A stretch of DNA of 32,000 bases from Candidatus Saccharimonadota bacterium (lineage in GTDB: Bacteria > Patescibacteriota > Gracilibacteria > UBA4473). The position numbers were made by a program, and so were the translations under genes. Below the pieces are notes generated by a model. That model was given only the letters and a program-made list of their open reading frames with translations. It was not told the DNA's origin and ran no database searches. The DNA lies in NCBI GenBank assembly GCA_963677105.1, contig OY781871.1, positions 810,001-842,000 of the forward strand. The letters run 5' to 3'. Of this stretch, positions 16,067 through 24,700 are shown piece after piece (the first letter of the stretch is position 1; each line of letters starts with the position of its first letter).

Positions 16067-16218
16067 TTTTAATTGAATTACTTTTTAATAAGTCATTGGT
16101 ATAATGTGTTATTTACATAATTTGTCAAACTTGAAAAAATCAGGAATTTTAATATAAAACAAACTTGCGTTTTCAGGAAAACATACTAAAGTGTATTTAG
16201 TTTTTTAAATTATAAAAA

Positions 16219-17034
16219 ATGGTTGAAAAAATGGAATCGAGCGCGGGAGGAATAGCAATTTTAGATAAAAAGCTAAATTTTGGATATAAAGAAGAACTAA
16301 AAGAGATAGCGAAACTAGTAATACAAGGAGGGAATGTAGAAGAACTTTTGTCTAAAGCGAATATTGAAGAATTGGCGCCAGAAAAATTAACTCAGTTATT
16401 AGCAATTATTGGATTAGAAACTCTTCGTGAAATAGGACGACAACAAAAAATATTTACTATATTGACTTCAAATAAAGGCTATTCATCTTATGAAGAAGCG
16501 GGAATAGATAATATATTACAAGATTCAGAACAGTTTCCAATGACGATTTCCTATCAGGGAAAAGAATTCTTTTTTCCAACTAAAGATAAAAACGAATATC
16601 TTGCAATAGAACTCACGAATATAGAGCGTTTGAAATTAGGACAATTAGATGAAGATGACGTATTACAAGAAATAGAAACATTTCTTCAAAAACATAATCT
16701 CATTGAATCAGTAGAACAAGATTCTGTGGTTGAAGACACTTCTAATGAGACAAAAGGAGAGGTATTAGGTGTTATAGAAAACAATGATTGTCTTCATGCT
16801 TTTATAAAGAACAATAGAGGAAAAACTTTAACAAAAGAAGAATTTGTTCAAGAATATATAAAATTGTTCCCAGGAATTTCTGAGGAAGACATTTTAAAGA
16901 AGTTTCCTTTATTACAACCGGAAGATAGAGTTACTGTTATGCTAAAGTCTGATAGACATCCGTATTCTCTACAAATAGAGGTTCGTGATACAGATGGGAA
17001 GATTAAATATAGTCAGAGTAAAACCATAAATTAG
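16219..17034 (+). CDS. Hypothetical protein (271 aa)
   Basis: ATG ORF bounded by a divergent intergenic region and a strong downstream terminator. No motif recognised. Confidence 0.55.
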   Translation: MVEKMESSAGGIAILDKKLNFGYKEELKEIAKLVIQGGNVEELLSKANIEELAPEKLTQLLAIIGLETLREIGRQQKIFTILTSNKGYSSYEEAGIDNILQDSEQFPMTISYQGKEFFFPTKDKNEYLAIELTNIERLKLGQLDEDDVLQEIETFLQKHNLIESVEQDSVVEDTSNETKGEVLGVIENNDCLHAFIKNNRGKTLTKEEFVQEYIKLFPGISEEDILKKFPLLQPEDRVTVMLKSDRHPYSLQIEVRDTDGKIKYSQSKTIN

Positions 17035-17039
17035 TTATT

Positions 17040-17072
17040 AAAAAAACTCGTGAAATTCTCACGAGTTTTTTC
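17040..17072. terminator. Bidirectional rho-independent terminator between the convergent 271-aa gene and ftsZ
   Basis: An A6 run, then ACTCGTGA (17046-17053) pairing with TCACGAGT (17059-17066), then a T6 run. Confidence 0.65.
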
Positions 17073-17090
17073 TTTATCTGATAAATTTTC

Positions 17091-18233
17091 TTATCGAATC
17101 TTTCTTCGCATAAATGCTGGTGTTTCCAGTTCAGCTTCAAGTTCAGATTTATCGTCTCCTAATGTGAAAGCTTTTCTCATTAATGCAGAATGTCCAGCTG
17201 GTTTCTTTTTATCAGTGTCGGAAAATCCAGTTGCAATAACTGTAATTTTCATCTCACCAGTATAGTTTTCATTGATAACAGCACCGAAGATAATGTTTGC
17301 TTCAGGATCAGCAGCCTCAGTAATTGTTTTTGCCGCTTCATCAACTTCAAACATTGAAAGATCGCTTCCTCCAGTAATATTGAATAAAATTCCTTTTGCT
17401 CCATTGATTGACTGATCAAGAAGAGGAGATTCGATAGCTGCTTTTGCCGCTTCGATTGCTCGGTTTTCACCAGCTCCGTAACCAATTCCCATCAACGCAG
17501 TTCCTGCTCCACTCATGATTGAGCGAATATCTGCAAAGTCCACATTAATTAATCCGTGTAATGTAATTAAATCTGCAATTCCTTGCACTCCTTGTCGTAA
17601 TACTTCATCCACAACGCTAAATGCATCAGTGATTGGTGTTTGACGATCGATAATAGAAAGGATTCGGTCGTTTGGAATAGTAATTAATGTATCAACATTT
17701 TTTGCTAATTCCTCGTGACCCAGTGTCGCTTTTTTACTTCGAGATTGTCCTTCGAATGAAAATGGTTTTGTTACCACTCCTACAGTAAGTGCTCCGAGTT
17801 CTCGTGCAATTTGTGCTACAACTGGTGCAGCTCCTGTTCCAGTTCCTCCACCAAGTCCACAAGTGATAAATACCATATCTGCTCCCTTGAGTGCTGATTT
17901 TAATTCTTCAACAGATTCCTCAGCAGCATTTTTCCCAATATCAGGATTTGCTCCTGCTCCAAGTCCACGAGTTGCTTCCATTCCAATGTGTACCTTTGTT
18001 TCTGATTTTGAGTGATACAAAGATTGAGCATCAGTATTTATTGAAACAAATTCTACATTTGCAAAATCAGAGCTTGCCATACGATTTACAGCATTGCATC
18101 CACCACCACCGACACCAACAACTTTGATGTTTGCGATAGGAGAAATGGCTGGATCAACTCGCATTGATGCAGAAGAAGCTACAGCCGGACCTTTTCGGCT
18201 ATTATCGATTGCGGATTGGAGTAAGTCTTTCAT
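17091..18233 (-). CDS. ftsZ: Cell division GTPase FtsZ
   Basis: [15 protein letters not shown] and the tubulin signature [17 protein letters not shown]-terminal linker is followed by the conserved tail ETPAFMRRK. Confidence 0.95.
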   Translation of the reverse strand: MKDLLQSAIDNSRKGPAVASSASMRVDPAISPIANIKVVGVGGGGCNAVNRMASSDFANVEFVSINTDAQSLYHSKSETKVHIGMEATRGLGAGANPDIGKNAAEESVEELKSALKGADMVFITCGLGGGTGTGAAPVVAQIARELGALTVGVVTKPFSFEGQSRSKKATLGHEELAKNVDTLITIPNDRILSIIDRQTPITDAFSVVDEVLRQGVQGIADLITLHGLINVDFADIRSIMSGAGTALMGIGYGAGENRAIEAAKAAIESPLLDQSINGAKGILFNITGGSDLSMFEVDEAAKTITEAADPEANIIFGAVINENYTGEMKITVIATGFSDTDKKKPAGHSALMRKAFTLGDDKSELEAELETPAFMRRKIR

Positions 18234-18269
18234 TGTGTGTGGGGGAAAAGGGGAATACGTGAGGGAAAA

Positions 18270-19502
18270 TTAGGGAAGAAGTCGTTTAAAGAAATCTATA
18301 ACGGAATCTCCAATGTTACCAAAATTAAAATTTAGTAACGAAGAACGAGAAGTTCCGTATCGTTGAGCAAAGTGGAGAAGACCGATTACGGTAGCAAATC
18401 CAGGATCATCAACACGATCAATAATTCCCTCGATATCACGAGGACATCCAATTTGAACCGGAAGTTGCAATACTTCACGAGCTAGTTCTACTGTTCCTGG
18501 CATTTTTACAGTACTTCCACAAAGAACAACACCGGCTGGCAAAGCTCCCGCTCGATCAATTGATTCAAGTTCATCTCGAACCATTAAGAAAATTTCATGA
18601 TATCGTGCTTCAATAATTTGAGACATTTGTTTTTTTGAAACAGTGTGAGCATCAGTACGAGAAATTTGTGTAAGATCGATTTCTTCTCGATCAGAAATTT
18701 CTGATGGCTGACATGTTCCGTATTCAATTTTCAATTTTTCAGCAGTGTCAATCGCTGCTCGTGCTCCAATAGCAATATCGTTTGTGATGTGTTCTCCTCC
18801 AACCGGAATAACAGAAGAATAAATTACAGATCCTTCTTCAAAAACAGCTAAACTTGTTGATCCTGAACCAACTTCTACGACAACACTTCCGAGTTCTTTT
18901 TGTTTTCTTTCAAGAACAGATTCTGCTGCAGCAAGATGTGATGGAACAATTTCTTCAATATTAATTCCTGTTTGATATAGACATTTTTCAAGATTTCGAA
19001 TAGCGGCTCGCTGTCCAGTAATAATGTGTGTTTCAACCTCAAGTCGAATCCCAGACATACCAACAGGATATTTAACCTGATGCTGAGAATCTACAGAAAA
19101 ACTTCGTGGAATAGTACGTAATATTTCTCGATTTGCCGGAAGGCTTACTGCTCGTGCAGCATCAAGAACACGATCCACATCATCTTCGGTGATTTCTGCG
19201 CTATTTCCATTTATTGCAATTACTCCTCGAGAATCAAACGTTTCAATGCTTGACCCAGAAAAGCTTACAAACACTCTATGAATTGGTTCGCCGCTCATTC
19301 GTTCGGCCTCTTCAATAGCAGCAGAAATACATCCAACAGCTTCATCCATGTCAGAAATAATTCCACGACGAATTCCGGATGAAGGAGCTGATCCGACACC
19401 GATAATATTAACAAGAGGTTTTTTGTCTTCTACGACACCAACTACAACACGGATACGCGAAGATCCAATGTCGAGGGCTGTAAATATTTTTTGTTGTGAC
19501 AT
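18270..19502 (-). CDS. ftsA: Cell division protein FtsA (actin-like ATPase)
   Basis: Phosphate-1 ALDIGSSRIRVVVG. Phosphate-2 VVEVGSGSTSLAVFEEG. ADENOSINE-motif region GVVLCGSTVKMPG. Lies directly upstream of ftsZ. Confidence 0.92.
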   Translation of the reverse strand: MSQQKIFTALDIGSSRIRVVVGVVEDKKPLVNIIGVGSAPSSGIRRGIISDMDEAVGCISAAIEEAERMSGEPIHRVFVSFSGSSIETFDSRGVIAINGNSAEITEDDVDRVLDAARAVSLPANREILRTIPRSFSVDSQHQVKYPVGMSGIRLEVETHIITGQRAAIRNLEKCLYQTGINIEEIVPSHLAAAESVLERKQKELGSVVVEVGSGSTSLAVFEEGSVIYSSVIPVGGEHITNDIAIGARAAIDTAEKLKIEYGTCQPSEISDREEIDLTQISRTDAHTVSKKQMSQIIEARYHEIFLMVRDELESIDRAGALPAGVVLCGSTVKMPGTVELAREVLQLPVQIGCPRDIEGIIDRVDDPGFATVIGLLHFAQRYGTSRSSLLNFNFGNIGDSVIDFFKRLLP

Positions 19503-19774
19503 GTTTTTTATTCAGATTTGATTCACGGTAAATCCTAGCAGGACAAAATCTCTTGTGCAAGCATTTTCTTCACTTGTAGTGCGGATGAACTTATTTTTTG
19601 TCCAATGAAAAACATACAGGTAGAGGGTTGCAATATTTTAACTTCAGAAAAAAAAAGTCGAAAAAACAAAAAATGTGTTCAATGTTCTTGTTGCTTAAAT
19701 ATGAAAGAATCGTAATAAATTTCACAATAATTTATTTTTTAATATTTTCTTGGAAAGAAAGAGGATTTTTTTAT

Positions 19775-20731
19775 TTAAAAAAGCTGTAATTGTTCTTCTT
19801 GAATGCTTTTTTTTGACACATTTTTTTGTTCAATATTTTGTTGTTGTTCTAATTTTTTATTCAATCGAAAGAGTCGACCATTTAAACTTCTGAAGTTTAA
19901 TTTTTCAAAAAAGGATTGAAGAGAGTCATTTGGAATATCAAATTGAGAATCCCAATTAATTTCAACAGGGACGTCAGTTTTGATTTTTGCTAATACTTTA
20001 CACTGGCGCACGTACGACTCTTCAGTTTCAAGTTTTTCTCGCCACTTCATAGATAAATCTTGTGTATGATCAAAAATATTATCGAGTGTTTCCCATCGTT
20101 GGAGCCATTCAGCTGCTGTTTTAGGACCACATCCTCCGAGTCCTTTAAAATTATCAGAACTATCTCCTACAAGGGCTTTAAAATCAATCATTTGTTCTGG
20201 AGTAACTCCAAAGCGAGCTTTTACTTCTGCAGGAGTGTATATAGGAGATTGATCTATTTTTCCATTTAGTTTTACTAGATTTATTTTCGTACTCAGTAAT
20301 TGTGAATAATCAAGATCGCCGCTTACAATGCGAACATCCATATTTTTTTTTGCAGCTTGTACAGCAAGCGTTCCACAAATATCATCTGCTTCAAATCCTG
20401 GGACTTTTAAAAAAGGAATATTAAAGGCCCTGAGTAATTCTTCTACAAGAGGTATTTGTGCATAAAAATCGTTTGGAGTCGGAGTTCTATGCGCTTTGTA
20501 TTCCGTGTCCAGTTTATGTCGAAAAGTTTTTTCTTTGGTATCAAAAGCAACAATAATACGTTCTGGACGCAAGTGTTCAAGGACAGAAAGAAGTGTTGAA
20601 GCGAATCCATACACCATTCCAATAGGCATGTTATTCCAAACAGGAACAAATCCTCTATTAATTCCATGATACGCGCGATGCATCAGAGCATTTCCATCAA
20701 TAAGTACGAATGAATTTTTATTTTGCCACAT
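19775..20731 (-). CDS. Stand-alone 5'-3' exonuclease / flap endonuclease (Pol I N-terminal-domain-like)
   Basis: LIDGNALMHRAYH, VAFDTKEKTFRH..YKAHR, GFEADDICGTLA and SGDLDYSQL are present, as is the H3TH segment LVGDSSDNFKGLGGCGPKTAAEWL. No polymerase domain follows. Confidence 0.85.
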   Translation of the reverse strand: MWQNKNSFVLIDGNALMHRAYHGINRGFVPVWNNMPIGMVYGFASTLLSVLEHLRPERIIVAFDTKEKTFRHKLDTEYKAHRTPTPNDFYAQIPLVEELLRAFNIPFLKVPGFEADDICGTLAVQAAKKNMDVRIVSGDLDYSQLLSTKINLVKLNGKIDQSPIYTPAEVKARFGVTPEQMIDFKALVGDSSDNFKGLGGCGPKTAAEWLQRWETLDNIFDHTQDLSMKWREKLETEESYVRQCKVLAKIKTDVPVEINWDSQFDIPNDSLQSFFEKLNFRSLNGRLFRLNKKLEQQQNIEQKNVSKKSIQEEQLQLF

Positions 20732-20753
20732 TTTGAAGAGTGAGGAAGGTGAA

Positions 20754-21338
20754 ATGTTCGATTTTTTTCTTTTCTTCTGGTATTATATCTTGATTTACCT
20801 ACTTTACAAATCAATGACAACAACAAGTTCTGCTCTCACAAAAAAATCTACGAAGACAAAATTTCGTGTAGGTGTTGTGAGTGCGATTACAGAAACAGGT
20901 GATTCAACCTTACTCTGTTCAGCATTAGAAGCAATGTGTTCGTTGGGATTTAACGTCTCAGTTTTAGCTGAAGGTGATGCGTTAGCACAGAAACTTTGTT
21001 TTGAATATGCAGAGAAATTTCCACGAAAATTTTCCATGCTTGAGAGTATGCCGGATAATCGTGTGAAAATTTTAGAAAAAGCAGATGTGATTGTTTTTGC
21101 GACTTCTCCAACTAAAAAGGAGCTGAAAGAAATAATTGCAGCTGGAGTAATTCCTGTTTTACCGGAAGGATGTGGATTGGATAATTTTGATGCGCAAAAA
21201 GAAACTGGATGCGCGTTTACCTTTGAGGAAGGAAATATTTGGTCACTTGTGGCGGCACTTGTTCGTGCATCAGAAAATCGTAAATTTAGTTGGGATTGGA
21301 AAACAGTGAAACAAAATTTAGTTACATTTCACGGATAA
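20754..21338 (+). CDS. Glycogen/starch-synthase C-terminal-half-like protein (truncated GT-B fold) with N-terminal hydrophobic segment
   Basis: The pattern GD..........YAEKFP......ES.........ADV.VF.......LKEIIAAGVIPVLPEGCGLDNF.......GCAFTFEEGNIWSLVAALVRA.....FSWDW parallels the GlgA C-terminal Rossmann half. The track start at 20733 is TTG. The ATG at 20754 follows a GAGGAAGG sequence. Confidence 0.45.
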   Translation: MFDFFLFFWYYILIYLLYKSMTTTSSALTKKSTKTKFRVGVVSAITETGDSTLLCSALEAMCSLGFNVSVLAEGDALAQKLCFEYAEKFPRKFSMLESMPDNRVKILEKADVIVFATSPTKKELKEIIAAGVIPVLPEGCGLDNFDAQKETGCAFTFEEGNIWSLVAALVRASENRKFSWDWKTVKQNLVTFHG

Positions 21339-21363
21339 ATTTATATTTACATAGGTTGTAAGA

Positions 21364-21383
21364 GGCGTAAATACGCCTTTTGT
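21364..21383 (+). terminator. Rho-independent terminator after the GlgA-like gene
   Basis: AGGCGT-AAAT-ACGCCT followed by TTTTGTG. Confidence 0.5.
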
Positions 21384-21434
21384 GTAATATTTTGCAATAC
21401 ATTTATTCTCCGAAAAAATTTAGTATTTGTACTT

Positions 21435-21458
21435 TGATATTTGTGATTTGAAAATTGA
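21435..21458. repeat. Dispersed intergenic word cluster, copy D
   Basis: Contains TGATATTTG (21435-21443) and TTGAAAATTGA (21448-21458). Lies upstream of the small ORF and giant gene. Confidence 0.5.
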
Positions 21459-21466
21459 CATCAAAG

Positions 21467-21495
21467 TTGCTTTTTGTCCTCTGATAGTCTATAAT
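21467..21495 (+). promoter_or_regulatory. Possible sigma-70 promoter for the small ORF / giant gene
   Basis: TTGCTT (21467-21472), a 17-nt spacer, then a perfect TATAAT (21490-21495). Confidence 0.35.
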
Positions 21496-21514
21496 GAAAG
21501 GATAATGTCAACAG

Positions 21515-21706
21515 ATGAAATCGAAAAAAACAGCTCAAAAGATAAAAATGGAATTAAAAGGCCAGGATCGAATGATGTCTGCATTGAAAGATATTATGAA
21601 AAAATATGCAAAACAAACGGAAACTTTTATCCAAAAAGAAGACTCAGATACGGTAGAACATTTGCTTCAAGAATTTCCTAATACCGAAAACGATGTCTCG
21701 CTTTGA
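21515..21706 (+). CDS. Small hypothetical protein (63 aa), overlapping the start of the giant ORF
   Basis: The ATG ORF encodes a helical-looking Lys/Glu-rich peptide. Its TGA (21704-21706) lies 14 nt inside the next gene. A competing frame (ATG 21506..21681) has a less protein-like sequence. Confidence 0.35.
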   Translation: MKSKKTAQKIKMELKGQDRMMSALKDIMKKYAKQTETFIQKEDSDTVEHLLQEFPNTENDVSL

Positions 21707-24700
21707 TTCGGATGAGAGGGAATACGTTCAAGATAGATTGAAAGAAATTAAAAAATCTCTGGATGATTTGAAGGCAGAAGTGGAAGTTTCTAGAAGTGAT
21801 GAAAAAAAGATTGAACGGAGAAGAAAGGAAATGAAGAAGATGGTGAAAGCGTGTAAGAAATCTCTTGGGCTGCGCAGACGAGAGTCTCTTACACGAGAGC
21901 AAAAAGAAGACTTACATCTTTTGTCTACAGAATTTTATAGTGAAGAATATGAAGATTTAGACAGATTTAAAGAAGAGTTTCAGGAATTATCTTCCCAGCA
22001 ACAGATAGAGTTTGCTTATAATCAAGTATCAATGTCTTGGAGAGAAAAACGAAGGTTTTTTGAAAATATGGAATTGTATCAAGAGACAGGAGTTCCTGTG
22101 GCAGATATATTAAAATTAGTCGCGATAGAAGAATATGTAGAACAGGGAGAAGTGAAACTGGATATTTTTGGAAATCAACATGCTCCTTGGAATACACCGA
22201 ATGTTATAGAAATATTACCAGGTGGCTTAGAAAAGGCTCGTACGGAAATATCAGGATATTATGAAGTAGCGCTTTTAGTTGCACCTTTTACCAATCCTAC
22301 AGAAATTCTGTATAAAATAGATAATTTATCAAATGAAATTGATCGACCAGAAGTACAAAAAATTATAGAAATTGTTCATCAAAAAAATCCTGAAGGGATT
22401 ATGAATGAGTATTCAGAAAAAAATCCTCGAGCATATATTGATAAGAAGAAAAATGCAGCAGATGTATTACTTCTTCCGGCACAAAATCCACAGACAGCAA
22501 AAGATTTCTTTTCTTATTTTAATACAATAATTAAAAACTCATTTACAGAGAATGATTCAGAGAATAATAAACGATTAGAATCTGTTTTAAAGACGGCGAG
22601 TGAAAATGTATCAGAAGAAGATGAAGCAATAACAGAATTAATCAATATTGTTCTTTCAAATAAAGAATGGAATTCTGCAGAAGAGAAAACAAAACAAATA
22701 ATTGAATCAATTTCGAATTATGATTTATCAAAAATTAAGATATACACAGAAACAAAAGAAGTTGATGTCGAAGCAGCTCCATTTCCGTCACTCATTATTC
22801 CTCATTTAGGATTTCGTTTAGCGTTATCATTATTTCCAGAAGTTTATCCTCAAATAAAAGAAATTACTGGCAATGAATTAGGAAAAAAAATAACAACGCA
22901 GATCATACAACAAAATTTGCAGAATCGAGAACGTGTAGATGAAGTGTTGACTTCAAGTAACGTAGGTACAATGACGAAGGATTCAGAAGAAGTGTACAAA
23001 GACAACAATGTATTAAAAATGTTTGCAGAGACGGGTGATTTGGATGAAATATTAAATTATGTAGAAACAATAGACGATAGTTATTGGTGTAAAGCTGTTA
23101 TATTAGAAAATTTTTCTTCCGAAATGAAACGGAAAGATTTTCAGAAAATAGATGAAGATGGAAATGGGGAAGACACAGTTGCTGAACTTCTGTTTTCACA
23201 ACTTTCTTTTAATGAGGCACAAAAACATTTTCCAGCTTATTGTGAAAAATTAGGAATAGAAAAAGCTTCAGTATTGATGAAACCAATTTTTGAAAAAGCG
23301 TGGAAAAATAATACATATAATTCAAGAAACAGTTTTACATTTCTTCTTGCTTATTGTACGGAAGACGCTGGATACACCGACGAAATTTTTTCAAGTCTTG
23401 TAAAAGTTATGATTGATATAGATCGACCAAGAGTGATACAAGAATATCATTATTTTAAAGGAGAAAATGGGAATTGGCCACAAGATCACGAAAAGAGATT
23501 TTGTTCTTCCATACAGGAATTAATACCTTCTTTGTGTGCGAAAGAATATGGGGATTATTTTGAGCAACGTAAAATACAGGAAGATTTGGAAGCACCAAAA
23601 TTGAATATTGATGAAATTCATCGGAGTGATCTCTCTGAAAATTTATTAACATATTATGAAAATTTTACTGAAGAATTGGGAAAAGAGGAAGGAGAAGAAG
23701 CATTTCGTTTACTGTTGCAAGAATCCGGAAAAGTAACATCGTTATTTTATAATTTAAATTGGGAAAAGTTTTCACAAGACAAACAAGAATTTTTTGTAAA
23801 AACATGGATTAAATTCGATTCAGAGAAGCCAATTTATCGCTTAAATAAAATGCCTGATAGTTTGCAAGCATTTGTTGTGGAAATTTATTCAGATAAATAT
23901 ATAGACCGAGTTGGAAGTAAGGGTATTTGTTCGATCTTACCAAAATATTACAAAAAGATATCAGAAACAGAGGGGACAGGGGAAGCACAAAGAAAGGTTG
24001 TGGAATTACTACAAACAATGTCGGATGTAGAAAAGGTTCTTGATTATCATTATTGGAATTATGAAATGCCAAAGGACTTACAAAAACTCGTTATAAAAAC
24101 AGTGGTTCCATTGGCGCCGGAAAAGATAATATCTAATTATGATGATGTTGATTATCGTATGCGTGAAAAGGAAGTGCTTCCAATTTTATTACAGGGACAT
24201 AGAGAGCTCTGTATAAAACATTTTGATAAAATAGATTCTTACTTACATGGTGTTGACGATTTAGTTATAGATAAATTTTTTGGGAATGATCCTCAAAAGA
24301 CAATGAAAGAAATTCTTCTTACAAAGAGTGGAGTCGAGAAATCTAAATTAGAGAAAATATTTTCTCAGGCAGCAAAAAAAGAATTTTCATTTTTTCCAGA
24401 GACCTATGGAAATAGAGCGTATTTGAATATTTCAAATCGGAAAAAGCAAACAATTATTCATAAGCCAAATGAAGAAAAGTTTTTGCATGCGTGTTTGGTA
24501 GAAATGGTTGGAACAGGGGGAAAAGCAGGACTGATATTAGAACTTCTTGAGCGTCAAGGGTTTAATGTAAATATGTTTGATGATGGAGATCAAGTGTGGT
24601 TTGAGAATCAAGAATTTCATGTTCAAAGAGCAAAAGATGAGAGTATTGAAAGAGTGACATTGTATTGTGCTCGAGAAGACTTAAAAGGTTTAGGAGATTG

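Noticed and set aside
24507-24530. A Walker-A-like VGTGGKAG in the giant protein
   Set aside because: The spacing does not fit GxxxxGK[ST]: the position five residues before GK is Met and the residue after Lys is Ala. No Walker B motif was found downstream.
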